Positions 39,701-52,648 are shown, counted from the stretch's first letter. The stretch: DNA of 64,000 nt from an uncultured delta proteobacterium (GCA_963735595.1 CAVTLK010000001.1:896001-960000); one strand, 5' to 3'. Made by a program: numbers and translations. The notes: generated by a model not told the origin, from the sequence alone.

Positions 39701-40642
39701 ATGGAAGCCAAGGATGTGAAAAAGGTTGTCATCGTTGGGGCCGGTGTGATGGGCCATTCCATCGCCCAGGTATTTGCCGCAAACGACATCGATGTAACCC
39801 TCGTCGATCTCAACCGGGAGTCCCTCGATCACGCTATGACCATGATCGGGCATAATCTCAAGACGCTTGCCGAGTACGGCCGTATCGACGCCGCGGCAAT
39901 CCCTGCCGTCATCGGCCGCATTCATCCAACCACCGACATCCGGGAGGCGGCCGACGGCGTCGATTTCGCCCTCGAGGCCGTAGCCGAGGTCCCCGACGTA
40001 AAGAAGAAGGTATTTGCGGACCTGGAACAATTCGCCCCGCCGCAGGCGGTGCTCGCCAGCAACACCTCGGGTCTTGATCTGTTTACCTTCCTTGAGCCGA
40101 AGGACCCCACCCGCTTTGTCATCACCCACTGGTTCGCCCCGCCCCATATCATTCCGCTGGTCGAGGTCGCACCCGGGCCCAAAACGGATCAGGCGATCGT
40201 GGATTTTACCGTTTCACTGATGGAGCGTATCGGTAAGCGTCCGGTGGTCATGCGCCAGTTCGTGCGGTCATTTATCGTCAACCGTATCCAGAGCTACATC
40301 TTCATGGCGGTCATGGAGATCCTCAACAACGGCTGGGCGACTCCCGAGGAAATCGACTATGCCGTCAAGATGAGCCTCGGTGTACGGCTTCCGGTCGTGG
40401 GGGTGGTTCAGAGCAATGACTTTACGGGACTCGACCTCGTCCTTGACGTTATTAAGAGCCACGGCGCGAGCTACCCGATTATCGAGGATAAGGTTAATAA
40501 GAACCATCTCGGGGCCAAGACAGGAAAGGGCTTTTTCGATTACGGGGGAAGGTCCGAGAACGAGATCATGAAGAAACGGGACGGGCTCTATCTGAAAATG
40601 GCGGATTTTCTGGAGAGCCTCAACGAATTCAAGCCGGTATAG
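39701..40642 (+). CDS. 3-hydroxyacyl-CoA dehydrogenase family, copy 2
   Basis: Same length (313 aa) and motifs as copy 1. Confidence 0.9.
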   Translation: MEAKDVKKVVIVGAGVMGHSIAQVFAANDIDVTLVDLNRESLDHAMTMIGHNLKTLAEYGRIDAAAIPAVIGRIHPTTDIREAADGVDFALEAVAEVPDVKKKVFADLEQFAPPQAVLASNTSGLDLFTFLEPKDPTRFVITHWFAPPHIIPLVEVAPGPKTDQAIVDFTVSLMERIGKRPVVMRQFVRSFIVNRIQSYIFMAVMEILNNGWATPEEIDYAVKMSLGVRLPVVGVVQSNDFTGLDLVLDVIKSHGASYPIIEDKVNKNHLGAKTGKGFFDYGGRSENEIMKKRDGLYLKMADFLESLNEFKPV

Positions 40643-40693
40643 ACCGCACCTCGTGAAACGAAGTCCTTTACGGCTTTTACGTCTAAAATACAA

Positions 40694-40722
40694 AGACCCC
40701 GCTCAGTTTGAGCGGGGTCTTC
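40694..40722. terminator. Hairpin between convergent genes
   Basis: aagaccccgctca-gtt-tgagcggggtctt. Confidence 0.6.
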
Positions 40723-40808
40723 CAATATACACGGTATAGAGTATCCGCCCCTTTAGATAGGAGGCGGTCCTCCGCGGGTCTTTTTTTATTCTTCGGGAAA
40801 ATACTGTT

Positions 40809-41714
40809 TTAGTTGAGGATGTAATTGCATGGATCAACCGGGATCCGGTTGATCCTGACCTCGTAGTGGAGGTGAGAGCCAACAGAACGGCCCGTGCTCC
40901 CCATGAGCCCGATCTTCTGCCCCCGGGTGACGCGGTCTCCCAGATGGACGAGAATGGCCGACAGGTGTGCATAGTTTGTCGTGATGCCGTAGCCGTGATC
41001 GACGGTTATCATGTTGCCGTAACCGGACTCTATTCCGGCAAAGATCACGACGCCGTCGGCGGTGGCATGAATCGGCGTTCCGATCTTGTTGGCGATATCA
41101 TAGCCCTCGTGCATCTTGATTGTCCGGTTGATGGGATCCCGCCGAAAGCCGAAGCATGAGCACAGGAAGCCCTTGGTCGGCCAGATCGAAGGGGTTGAAT
41201 CGAGGAGCTTACCCTGGTCTTCGAAGAATAAGAGGAGTTCCTGAAGACTCTGTTCCTGGAGTTTGGATTTCTCCCCGAGCTGGGCAATGTCGGCCATAAG
41301 CCCCGCGGCGACAATATCGTCGCCGTTGTTATGTGAATTCAGCTCATTGTCGCCGTTTGGCGTTCCACCGATCCCGAAAAGACTGGAGCTTCCCCCCACC
41401 GTCTCAATATTGAGCATCGCGCAAATCATCGTGTTGGTTTCGGTCATCTGCTCGAGGCTGGAGCTCAGTTCCTTGAATTGCTTCTCGAAAATATCTATCT
41501 GATCGCGCTGCATGCGGTTTTCTTCTTTATAGTACGAAAGCTCCAGCATCTCAAGACGTATGGTGAGGTAGTTGTAGAGCATAAATACGGAGGTTAGTAG
41601 AATCACCAGCGCGGAAAAACCGGCGACCGATAGTGCGACGCTCGAAATTTTATACCGGGATAGTTTATCGGCCCTGTCATGTATGATAAGAATAGAATAG
41701 TATGTCTTTTTCAT
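40809..41714 (-). CDS. M23 family peptidoglycan endopeptidase with coiled coil
   Basis: PSIWPT.G, HEGYDIA, YAHLS, STGRSVGSHLHYEV. Confidence 0.92.
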   Translation of the reverse strand: MKKTYYSILIIHDRADKLSRYKISSVALSVAGFSALVILLTSVFMLYNYLTIRLEMLELSYYKEENRMQRDQIDIFEKQFKELSSSLEQMTETNTMICAMLNIETVGGSSSLFGIGGTPNGDNELNSHNNGDDIVAAGLMADIAQLGEKSKLQEQSLQELLLFFEDQGKLLDSTPSIWPTKGFLCSCFGFRRDPINRTIKMHEGYDIANKIGTPIHATADGVVIFAGIESGYGNMITVDHGYGITTNYAHLSAILVHLGDRVTRGQKIGLMGSTGRSVGSHLHYEVRINRIPVDPCNYILN

Positions 41715-42069
41715 TGCGAATGAATGCGAGCGTTACGTAACGAATTATATCAAAAAAATACGTTCTCGCACCACAGACGTCCCCCCGCCGCCCCCGTTTG
41801 CGGCCTTCCTCGCCCAGACCCATCAGGATGACCTACACAGCTTGAGATTTATATCACAAATAACGCAATATTGTCAAATATTTTTACATTCCGGGCCCTT
41901 TTCCGGCACCTAAATGCCGCTATTTGGCAAAAAAACCGGTCGAAGTTCTCTCCGGGAATAGACGACGCCCCAAAATATCGCGGATGGAGGTACGGCCCAT
42001 CGCGTTATCGCAAGGCGGACAATTCGCACACGGCCGCCCGCTTATCACCCCAACCAAGAGCCAATGCCG

Positions 42070-42672
42070 CTATTCGAGTCCATGAAGTAGTATTTCGTAC
42101 CGGCATTCATCTGCTCCCGTGGCCTTGCAGGCGACCTCCTCGCACCGGGCGTTTTCGAATCCCGCGATATAGCGGGCTATCCCTTCGAGCATCCCGCTTA
42201 CATACGTACAGAATTGCTTCTTGGTCTTGACGCCGTTGCATAGCGTACAACCGGGATTATGAAAGACGGTTTTGTTCTCAAGAAAGTCGAAAAGGGGGGG
42301 ACGGTTGATATTGGCGGTATAGAGGTTCAGAATGATCTTCAGTTTCTCCATCTGCGGGATATCTTTACTCTCAGCGATCTGCCGGACCGGTTCGCTTTTC
42401 TCAACGAGATGTTTAATCGTGCCTCTTCCCGCCCGCACCACAATCGCCTTGGTGCCCGACTCTCCGAGAACATCAACCGACGCCCTGATAATCCGATCGG
42501 CGAACGCCTGAGGGTATTTCACGTCTTCCGAATAGCCCGGCTGGTTGTCGATCAATTCCTGAAGCCCGGAGTAGTTGAGAATAGAGTTCTTGCCTCCCTT
42601 GCCGATAATCTCTTCATAGGCATCGATTACAACCCTGAGCGCCATCGAGCTGATATCGTCTTTTGCATCCAT
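42070..42672 (-). CDS. V4R (4-vinyl reductase) domain protein
   Basis: C..C, FC.YVSG.LEG, EVACKATGADECRY. Confidence 0.75.
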   Translation of the reverse strand: MDAKDDISSMALRVVIDAYEEIIGKGGKNSILNYSGLQELIDNQPGYSEDVKYPQAFADRIIRASVDVLGESGTKAIVVRAGRGTIKHLVEKSEPVRQIAESKDIPQMEKLKIILNLYTANINRPPLFDFLENKTVFHNPGCTLCNGVKTKKQFCTYVSGMLEGIARYIAGFENARCEEVACKATGADECRYEILLHGLE

Positions 42673-42918
42673 GCTTCCTCCGGCGTTGAGTTATAAAATA
42701 CCTAAAAGGATAGGATTCCGATAGTTTATCAAAAAATCTAACCAATTATATCGTATCAGGAATTCGAGGATCGTTCAAGAAAACAATGGGTATATGTAAA
42801 TTTTTGTATTAATTGCCGAACACGGCTGAAGTCGGAGATCTCGTGAAAGCCGGTCGCCCACCGTGCCCGCCGGTTAACAAATCCGGCGCTTCCGCAATGG
42901 GACGGGTGCCCCTTGCGT

Positions 42919-44361
42919 CTATCCTTTGATAACCCCTAACGGCCTGGTCTTGGCGACCTTCTTAGAAAGACCCGCTCCGTGCACCACTTCTACCACCCGG
43001 TCCACGTCCTTATAGGCATCCGGCATCTCCTCTGCCAGAGAGTCCCTGCCCCCCGCCATGACGAAGATCCCATGCCCCAGGAGCTCCCCCCGTATCGACC
43101 GACCCCTGGCCGCCTTAACGGCCGCCGTTCGCGAGAGTACCCTCCCCGCCCCGTGGCACGTGCTGCCGAACGTCTCCCTGAGCGCCCCCTCCGTCCCCAC
43201 CAGCACGTAGGAATTGGTGCCCATGTCCCCCGGTATCAGGATCGGCTGGCCCACCGATCGATATACCTCCCCGACAAGCGGGTGACCTGCGGGCAGCGAG
43301 CGGGTCGCCCCCTTGCGGTGGACGCAGACCTCTTTCATTGCACCGTCCACCTCGTGCCTCTCTATCTTGGCGATATTATGGCAGACGTCGTAGACGAGGT
43401 TCATCTTGAGGGCAGCCGGGGACGCCTCGAATACCTGCATCAAAACCTCCCGCGCCCAGTGCATCATGATCTGCCGGTTGGCCCAGGCATAGTTGGCGGC
43501 GCACGCCATGCCCGCCAGATAGTTACGCCCCTCCCGTGACGTGAGGGGCGCGCAGGCCAGCTGACGATCGGGGAGATCTATCCCCTCCCGCGCCGATACC
43601 CTTCCGAGGGTCTTGAGAAAATCGTCGCAGACCTGATACCCGAGCCCCCGGGAACCGGAGTGGATCAAAACAACGACTCCGCCGACAAAGAGCCCGAACG
43701 CCCGTGCCGCCGTCTCGTCATATATCTCCTCGGTCACCGCCACCTCAATGAAGTGGTTGCCGCTGCCCAGAGTGCCGAGCTGGTCCCTGCCCCTCTCCAG
43801 CGCCCGCTCCGAGATAACCTCCGGGTCGGCCCCATCCATCCGTCCGTCGTCCTCGGTACGCATCAGGTCCTCTTCGGTGCCCATAGACCGCTCGACCGCC
43901 CACCGCGCGCCGGAAACGAGGACCGCCTTTTGTTCCTTACGGTTGAGCCTGATTTTGCCGGTGGAACCAACCCCTGAGGGAATAGTCCGAAAGAGCGCCG
44001 TCGTGAGCTCTTCGATTTTCGGTTCGACCTCGCGGGCCGTCAATTCGGTGCGCATCAGGCGGCAGCCGCAGTTTATATCGTAGCCCACGCCCCCGGGCGA
44101 GACAACTCCCTGATCCATATCGAAGGCGGCCACCCCGCCGATCGGGAAACCGTAGCCCCAATGCATATCGGGCATCGCCAGACTATGCCCGATAATCCCC
44201 GGCAGCGTCGCCACGTTTGCCACCTGAACCGTTCCCTGGTCCCGCTGAATGTCTTCGAGCATTACCTCATCCGTGTAGATAAGCCCGGGCACGCGCATTT
44301 TGCCCGATCGGGGCACTTCCCACCGGTATTGATCAAGCCGCTTCAGTTCTGTTGCCATCAC
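42919..44361 (-). CDS. rtcB: RNA-splicing/repair ligase RtcB (archease-associated type)
   Basis: MPDMHWGYGFPIGG, GYDINCG, GTLGSGNHF, HSGSRG, HRKGATR, STCHGAGR, EEMPDAYK. Confidence 0.95.
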   Translation of the reverse strand: MMATELKRLDQYRWEVPRSGKMRVPGLIYTDEVMLEDIQRDQGTVQVANVATLPGIIGHSLAMPDMHWGYGFPIGGVAAFDMDQGVVSPGGVGYDINCGCRLMRTELTAREVEPKIEELTTALFRTIPSGVGSTGKIRLNRKEQKAVLVSGARWAVERSMGTEEDLMRTEDDGRMDGADPEVISERALERGRDQLGTLGSGNHFIEVAVTEEIYDETAARAFGLFVGGVVVLIHSGSRGLGYQVCDDFLKTLGRVSAREGIDLPDRQLACAPLTSREGRNYLAGMACAANYAWANRQIMMHWAREVLMQVFEASPAALKMNLVYDVCHNIAKIERHEVDGAMKEVCVHRKGATRSLPAGHPLVGEVYRSVGQPILIPGDMGTNSYVLVGTEGALRETFGSTCHGAGRVLSRTAAVKAARGRSIRGELLGHGIFVMAGGRDSLAEEMPDAYKDVDRVVEVVHGAGLSKKVAKTRPLGVIKG

Positions 44362-44367
44362 CGTTGC

Positions 44368-44784
44368 CTATATATCAAATATCACGGAAACACTGAATTT
44401 CTCGTCGCGCCTGACTATCTCAAGGCCGTGATAGGTGACGGCCTTGATTTCACACCTGGCCTCATGACGCCCTTTGACAAACGGCTCGCCCCCGCATCGG
44501 GCGGTAATCCCGGTCTCGGAAAAGTCCGTGATCTCGAACCGGGAAAAGAGCATCCCCTCTCCCGAGAGGCGGTACAACAGTTCTCTGATCCAGTCGACGA
44601 GAAGCTCACGCGCATCGTCACCCGACGCCCGCACCTGCCTGAATTCCCGTACGTCGATTGTCCCTACGCCCACCGTGATGTCAAAGAGGGCCGCGGCCGC
44701 CTCTACGAAGAGCCCCTCCATGCTGTCGGCCGTCACCTCTATCCGCAGGTCGGCTGTATGATCCAGAAACCGATAGGGCCCCAT
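44368..44784 (-). CDS. Archease
   Basis: Y.FLDHTAD, EIKAVTYH.L, terminal FDI; ATG overlaps the rodA TAA. Confidence 0.92.
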   Translation of the reverse strand: MGPYRFLDHTADLRIEVTADSMEGLFVEAAAALFDITVGVGTIDVREFRQVRASGDDARELLVDWIRELLYRLSGEGMLFSRFEITDFSETGITARCGGEPFVKGRHEARCEIKAVTYHGLEIVRRDEKFSVSVIFDI

Positions 44785-45890
44785 TAGAATATCTTTCGCT
44801 TCCGATGAATGTTGAGAAGAAGACCGACCGCACACAGGCTGGCGACCAATGACGACCCCCCGTACGAAAGGAAGGGAAGCGGAATGCCGACCACCGGGAA
44901 GATTCCCGTGGCCATCCCGACATTGATGAAGAACTGCCAGATAAAAAACGAGGCGATACCCGTGGCAACCGCTCCCCCAAAAAAGTCCTTGGCCTCCCGG
45001 GCGATAGCAAGTCCCCTGATGATCAGCAGGAAGAAGAGGCCCACGACTATCACTGCGCCGATAAATCCCCATTCCTCGGCAAGGACCGAGAATATGAAGT
45101 CGGTATGCTGCTCCGGCAGGAATTTCAACAGCCCCTGCGTCCCGTTCATGAACCCTTTGCCGAACAAACCGCCGCTGCCGACGGCGATCTTGGATTGAAT
45201 GATGTGATAACCCGATCCGAGCGGATCGAGATTCGGATCAATAAAGGTCAGTATCCGCTGTCTCTGGTACGGCTTGAGGAACTTCCAACCGAAGTAGATG
45301 ATCGGCGGCGCCGATACGACGCCCGTCAGAACCAGTGACAACAAGGTCTTCGGGCGCATTTTTATCGCAAAGACCATCGTCAGGAAGACGAGAACCAAGA
45401 GACCCGCCGAACCCAGGTCAGGCTCCTTGAGGACAAGCGCCGCGGGAACGGCAATCATGAACGCCGGTATAATCAGGTTCGTCAGCCGCAGCCCGTCTTC
45501 GGTCATCACGCCGGAGAAATACTTGGACAGGGCAAATATCAGGGATAGTTTCATATATTCGGATGGCTGGAACGAGACCGGCCCGATCGTATACCACCGG
45601 ACGGTCCCGGACGCCCGATCACCCAGGAAGAAGAGCCCGACAAGAAGCAGGATATTGGCGGCATAGATCCAGTATCCCCAGCGTTCAAAGAAATGGTAGT
45701 CTATGAGCGCCACACATACCATAACGATGACGCCCAATCCGAGCCAGTATAGCTGCTTGAGATAAACGGGCAGCGACGATGCGGGCTCAAGGCGCGTGGC
45801 CGAATAGAGATTAGCGATCCCGATTCCCACGAGCGCCGCGGTCAATAAGATGAGGGAGAGATCCAGCTTCTTTATCATCGAAAAGGTCAT
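44784..45890 (-). CDS. rodA: Rod shape-determining SEDS glycosyltransferase RodA
   Basis: FQPSE.MK, EPDLG, GYHIIQSKIAVGSGG, FLPEQHTDFIF, PLPFLSYGGSS. Confidence 0.95.
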   Translation of the reverse strand: MTFSMIKKLDLSLILLTAALVGIGIANLYSATRLEPASSLPVYLKQLYWLGLGVIVMVCVALIDYHFFERWGYWIYAANILLLVGLFFLGDRASGTVRWYTIGPVSFQPSEYMKLSLIFALSKYFSGVMTEDGLRLTNLIIPAFMIAVPAALVLKEPDLGSAGLLVLVFLTMVFAIKMRPKTLLSLVLTGVVSAPPIIYFGWKFLKPYQRQRILTFIDPNLDPLGSGYHIIQSKIAVGSGGLFGKGFMNGTQGLLKFLPEQHTDFIFSVLAEEWGFIGAVIVVGLFFLLIIRGLAIAREAKDFFGGAVATGIASFFIWQFFINVGMATGIFPVVGIPLPFLSYGGSSLVASLCAVGLLLNIHRKRKIF

Positions 45891-47763
45891 CGCCGCGATC
45901 GTCCCTTGAGCGTAAAATATTTATTCAGGATTGCTCCTGCCAGCGGGGACGCGGTGGACCCGCCGAATCCGCCGTGCTCGACCAACACCACGACGGCGAC
46001 CTCCGGATCGTTGAAGGGCGCGAAACAGACGAACCATGCATGATCGCGCAGCTCGTAGGGGAGATACTTGCTTATATAGCTGCCCGACATGACCTGCGCC
46101 GTACCGGTCTTTCCGCACACGTCTTTCCCCTCCACCCTCGCCTGCCAGCCGGTCCCCCCCGGCTCGTTTACCGCGCCGAAGAACCCCTCCTTGATGATCC
46201 GGATCGTCTCGGGAGAAACCGGGACGGTTCCCGTCTTCTTGCTCTCGTAGACCTCGATAGTGTCCCCGTCCGGGGTTAAAAGCTCCCTGGCGACCCTGGG
46301 CTCATAGAGGGTCCCGTTATTGGCCAGGGCGCAGAACGCGGATAGCAGCTGGAGCGGCGTCACGAGGTTATATCCCTGGCCGATGGCGCACGATATTGTC
46401 TCTCCCGGAAACCAGGGAATTCCGAAGTAGTTTTTCTTCCATTCAGTGGAAGGACAAATCCCCGGCTTCTCTCCGGCGATCGGTATGCCCGTCAGCCTCC
46501 CGAGCCCGTACCCGCTTCCGTAGACGGCAAGCTTGTCGATGCCGACCTTGTCCCCGAGTTTATAGAAGAAGACGTCGCACGATTCCACGATCGCCCGGTG
46601 AACCGAGATACGGCCGTGCCCTCCCGCCTTATAACAGTTAAAGATCGCTCCGCCGTAGGGAAAGGAGCCCGGACAATAGAGCACCGTCTTCTCGTCGATA
46701 ATTCCCTCTTCGAGGGCCGCGCTGGCCGTGATCAGCTTATACGTTGAGCCGGGTGCATATTGGCCCGATATACACTTGTCCTCGAGGGGATGCCTCTTGT
46801 CGGTAATCAGTTCCTTCCATTCGTCCGGCGCTATTCCACGGGCAAAAAGCGCGGGGTCAAACCCTGGTTCCGACACCATCGCCAGAATCTCGAAAGTTTT
46901 CGGATTCATGACGATGATTGCACCCGCGTACTCCTTGTCTTCCATCAGGCGCCGTGCGTACTCCTGGAGGTCCCAGTCAAGCGTCAGGACAAGGTTGTTG
47001 CCGGCAACCGCCTTCAGCTCCCCGAGGACTTTCGATTCCCTCCCGGTAGAATCCACCTCCACCTGGACACCGCCGTCGGTCCCTCTCAGTTCCTCGTCCC
47101 AGGTCTCTTCCACACCGCCCCTGCCGATGATGTCGCCCAGCCGATATCCGGAGAACTCCTCCTTCCCAAGTTCCGCCTCGCCTATCTCGCTCATATGTCC
47201 GAAAAGGTGCGGCGCCAGCGGTCCGTGTACGTAGTCTCTTATCGGCCGCACCACCAGGGCCGTTCCTGACATTCGATAGAGGTGGGTAATGAGAGGGGCC
47301 GCCTGTTCGAGGGGGATATCGCGGACGACCGTCAGGGGATGGAATTTCTGATACTTCTTCCGCTCTTTAATGAGATTGGCGGTAATCGTCGTTTCCGGTA
47401 CGCCCGTGAGCCGGGAAATGGTCTTGATGGTCTCATCCATGTCTGTGATGAAATCCTCCGAGACCGTGACGTTGAAAGAGGGGCGGTTGGTGACGATTAC
47501 CCGTTTGTACGATCAAGGATCATCCCCCGCGGGGCGGGCAGCTCAACGAGCCGAACCCTGTTTTCCTCGCTCATGAGACGAAACTCATCATTCATATAGA
47601 GCTGGAGATATGCCAGGCGCGCCACGAGCAACGAGGGAGACGACCGCCGCAAGGGTAATCGGCAGGTACGTTCTCAACGTCCGTGACGGGTCAATTCTTT
47701 GAAGAGCTGAACGCATTGGTAATCCGGTTCGGGGGCCGCCTCTACACGAGCGGCTCGCCCCAT
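45887..47763 (-). CDS. mrdA: Penicillin-binding protein 2, frameshifts in the 5' part
   Basis: N-terminal RLAYLQ, NRVR...PAPRG.I.DR; PGSTYK (SxxK), SCD, GKTGTAQ. Confidence 0.9.
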
Positions 47764-48316
47764 TCCTCCCGCATGAAACGGGTTAGATAGTATCCGCCCC
47801 GTTCCGGGATCGAAATACTTTAACACCGGCAGAAGCAGAACGCCCGCAAGCGCGGTCAGGAGGGCGGAAAGACATGACGTGACGATAAATGACCCGAACG
47901 TCCCAACCGTCTTACCCCACAAGAGCGTGATTACGGCCAACACGCCGTACAGAGAGAACATCGTCGCTAATATCGCCGGAAACATCAGGGTGAGGCGATC
48001 GACGTAGATCATGCGGGAAATAAGACGGGCGTACCCCATAACGAAAAACACGCAAAAGAGCCCTTCACCGAGAACCGCACCCGAATAGAGGTCAAGCAAC
48101 AGCCCCAGGATAAGACTGATGAGGACTCCGGTACCCGGCGACTTGTACACCCCGATGTATACGATGACCAGGAGCAGCCACTCTATCCTGATTCCCCGTA
48201 CGTCCGCCGCGATCCCCTGAACGATCAGGGCCGCGGCTCCCGAGCAGCACAAACAGGAAAAATCCGAGGTATTTGCGGGTCCTGCTCTGCCTGATGACGT
48301 TCTTTTTGTCACTCAT
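47742..48316 (-). CDS. mreD: Rod shape-determining protein MreD, frameshifted
   Basis: Multi-TM protein with GLLLDLYSG..LG; synteny between mreC and mrdA. Confidence 0.75.
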
Positions 48317-48474
48317 TGTGTATACGGTCGAGACAAAATGCGGCAGACCGACTGCCTCTGATTCTCACCCGCCGGCCGTGATCGTCCCGATTACGGACAA
48401 CAGGCGCCCGGTTGTATCTTGTATCGTCGGGCGGTGCCCGATGTCCCCCCACCGAATGATCGGAGAACCCGGGC

Positions 48475-49302
48475 CTATCTAACGATCAGCAGCACCTCCT
48501 CGATATTTCCGAGATCGGTCTTTGGGTCGACCATGATAATCTGAAACAGATCGGAGACCGGCTTTTCGATCTCAATCACGTCACCCACTGGCAGCCCCTT
48601 TGGGAAGCTGTCGCCCACTCCCGCGGTAACTATCGAATCCCCAACCCTGACCGTAGCCTCGCTGTCTATATACGAAAGCCTGATGCTTCCATCGGTAGAC
48701 CCTTCAAGAATTCCTATCTCGCGGTTCTCCTGAACCAGAACATCGATGCGGCTGTTCTTGTCGTTGATGAGCATGATTCGCGACGAGTCTCGCGAAACCG
48801 TCAGAACCAACCCCACGATCCCGTTAGGGGAGATAACCGGCATATTAAGCGTTACACCGTCCGCGGAATCCCTTGTCGATGACAATGGTGCTTGAAAGTA
48901 TCGAGGGGTCGCGGCCGACGACCCGCGCCGGCATGAGCGTATACGGCGCCTTCTCGGAAAATCCGAGGATTTCCTCCAGCCGCTTGTTTTTCTTTTCGGT
49001 CTCAATATAAAGGGTCTTGAGATTGTCGTACTTTGTCGATATCTCGCCGACCAGCCGCCTCAGGTCCTCGTTTTCTTCTTTCGTGTCCCTGAGAAGGATG
49101 TAATGATCACAGACATCCCTGACTGTATCGACCGCGGAAGAGACGATCGCCCTGAATCGGGGAAAAGACGCCCAGCAGGGCCGTGCCTGCCCCGTTCGGA
49201 AAGCGAACCGTCGAGCGTCGGGTAGCCGATCAACAGAATCGAGGAGATAAAGATTATCGTACCGGCGAGAGTTCCCTTATGGCGGCGTAAAAAAGACAAC
49301 AT
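48475..49302 (-). CDS. mreC: Rod shape-determining protein MreC, frameshifted
   Basis: DGV..NMPVI...GIVG.V, GD.IVTAG.G..FPKGLPVG.V, IEEVLLI. Confidence 0.88.
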
Positions 49303-49478
49303 TGATGGTTTTTTCGTTTAGAAATAAATCCGTGATACGAGAGCCCTGCACACAGTGCTCGTCCGGGGATGCCCGGATAGGCTCTTACCCTCATTCGGAG
49401 GCGACCTCCGGCCCACATCTCGACGATGAGATACTCCCGGCGGCCCTTCACGGCCTTTTCGGAAGAACCGCGGGCCGC

Positions 49479-50530
<1,052 letters not shown>

Positions 50531-50889
50531 CTAATAACCCGAAACCGTAAAACTTTTCCTAACTCGAGATATTATATCTATGTCACGGAGATTTCAAGGA
50601 AATTCGTACTTCCACCCGATCGATTGGGCGGCACGCGGTGGAAGGTATCGGCGAAAAACGCCGGCCGGGCACACCGTCGCGGAGATAACCGGGCGGGGGC
50701 GTAAGCGCGCCGGGCCGAAGCCCCCTCTTCGCCGGACCGCTGCCTCGTGTCGGAGATGCCCGCCCTCCCCCGGCGAAACGTCGTCCGTCGTATCAGCGAT
50801 GGATCATCGGCCGTTTTCAGGCTAAAAAGTATTGCTTTTTTCCTCCCGGTCTGGTAATAATTGTATGTCTTTTCGATGTGGAGGAACGT

Positions 50890-51622
50890 GTGCTTGATAT
50901 AATGCGAAAACATGCCGGTTCGTGGTGGATCAAGGCGATACTGATCGCCGTCGCCCTGAGCTTTCGTCATCGGGTTCGGTATCCTGAACAGGGTCAGTAA
51001 CGACAGACCCGAATCGATACGTCGTGCGGGTGGGAGACTACATGGTTACTCCCGACGAGTTCAGTGACCTTATGACGACAAGGGCAGAGGGATTACTTTG
51101 ATAAGTACGGGACCGAGATGACCGACGACGACATCCTCAACGCCCAGGACACGATCATCAGTGAGCGTATCGACCAGATCCTCGAAACAAAGGAAGCAAA
51201 ACGTCTCGGGCTCGTCGTTACCGACGGTGAGGTCGCCGATTATATCTCGGGGATTCCATGTTTCAAAAGGACGGTGAGTTTGACTACGAAACCTACAAGG
51301 ACTTCCTTGACAATTATCTGGGGTATTCCGAAGCGGACGTACGAGAGGCATGGTCAGACAGGGCCTCCTGACACAGAAGATCAGGGACATCGTCACCGAT
51401 TCCGTGAAGGTCACCGACGATAATGTCATGGAAATGGCAAAATCACAGGGGAAGGAGATCACGGCCATCGATGAGTTGAGCCCGGATGAGCGGGAATACT
51501 ACTCCAACCTGGCCCTGGCCGTTAAGAAGTTTTCGACCTATCGCGAATTCCTCGACTACGTCAAGTCCGGCGAGACGATCAAGATCAACCAGGACTATCT
51601 GTATTCCAGGAAGGGCAGCTGA
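50890..51622 (+). CDS. SurA/PpiD N-terminal-domain chaperone-like protein, several frameshifts
   Basis: GTG start MLDIMRKHAGSWWIKAILIAVALSF; EAKRLGLVVTD.EV...I; VKVTD. Confidence 0.65.
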
Positions 51623-51713
51623 TACGCCCGGCGACGTAGCGCGTACTCGGGGGGGGCATTCCCCCCGTTCTTTTGGGGCCGTCGGAGGCCGGATCAACCG
51701 TTTCGGGGGGCCT

Positions 51714-52250
51714 ATGTCCGTTTACGTGTTTGAAGACAGGATTCCCGTTATTTCAGATCAGGCATACGTATCCCCCGAGGCCACCGTCGTGGGCGACGTG
51801 ACCATCGGGCCGGGGTGTTTTATCGGACCCGGGGCCCGCATCAAGGGAGACTACGGCACCATCGTTATCGGGAGAGAAACCTCGATCCAGGAAAACTGCG
51901 TCGTTCACGCCCGCCCGGGTGAGCGCTGTGAGATCGGCGGGCGCGTTAATGTCGGTCACGGGGCGATCATTCACGGGGGGTGTGTCGGCGATGGGGCCGT
52001 TATCGGAATGGGTGCAATCGTCAGCGATTTCGCCGAGGTAGGGGCCGGTGCGATCGTGGCCGAGGGATGCGTCGTTATTTCCAGGCAGAAGATACCCGAA
52101 CGATCCATCGCGGTGGGAGTCCCGGCCAAAATCGCCGGGGAGGTCGCCGAAGATGTACGATTGGCCTATGAGGGGTTCAAAGATATCTACGTCGGTCTCT
52201 CGAAGAGATATAAAGAAGGTCTGAAACCCGTCGAGAAAAAGACATACTGA
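51714..52250 (+). CDS. Gamma-carbonic anhydrase family (hexapeptide repeat, PaaY/CaiE-like)
   Basis: VVGDVTIG, IQENCVVH, VGHGAIIHG, IGMGAIV, GVPAK. Confidence 0.9.
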   Translation: MSVYVFEDRIPVISDQAYVSPEATVVGDVTIGPGCFIGPGARIKGDYGTIVIGRETSIQENCVVHARPGERCEIGGRVNVGHGAIIHGGCVGDGAVIGMGAIVSDFAEVGAGAIVAEGCVVISRQKIPERSIAVGVPAKIAGEVAEDVRLAYEGFKDIYVGLSKRYKEGLKPVEKKTY

Positions 52251-52253
52251 ACC

Positions 52254-52608
52254 ATGACTGCCAGACCCAGACGCACTCTGAGGCAAGCGGGTGCGATTCG
52301 CGGCCGGAATCGCACTGGTGTTGGCTCTCCTCGCGGAGCTCATGAGCCTGTTCATGGAGCACAGCGAGGGGCTTGACGGAGGGGCGCATCTCCTTTTTGC
52401 CGTTGTAGCCGCCGCGGGGGCTGTGATGTTCTTTTTTAGGGTTGCCTACTGCGCATACGTTGTGCTTCCACTGGCCATCGGGATTTTCTTTTATGAGGTC
52501 TACCGCACGGTTTCGGCGACGATTTCCGTGTATACTGTTATATCGGGCGTCTCCTTCTTCGTTGCGGCTCTGCTGTCCTTTATGTTGATTCGAGCGCATA
52601 AGACGTGA
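52254..52608 (+). CDS. Small membrane protein, 5' end probably frameshifted
   Basis: Hydrophobic ORF 52291..52608; upstream ATG 52254 in another frame. Confidence 0.5.
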
Positions 52609-52648
52609 TTGGCCTGATCGGCTTGATTGGCCCGATTGCCCCGATTGC
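52607..52648. repeat. Degenerate 9-bp tandem repeat
   Basis: gattggcct gatcggctt gattggccc gattgcccc gattg. Confidence 0.6.

Noticed and set aside
41720..41850. Possible c-di-GMP riboswitch upstream of the M23 peptidase (GCAAAC on minus strand)
   Set aside because: The GAAA-tetraloop P2 and GCAAAG elements are not present
52607..52648. 9-bp tandem repeat as a phase-variation tract
   Set aside because: Units are degenerate and intergenic, upstream of the -35 box; slippage is unlikely to matter
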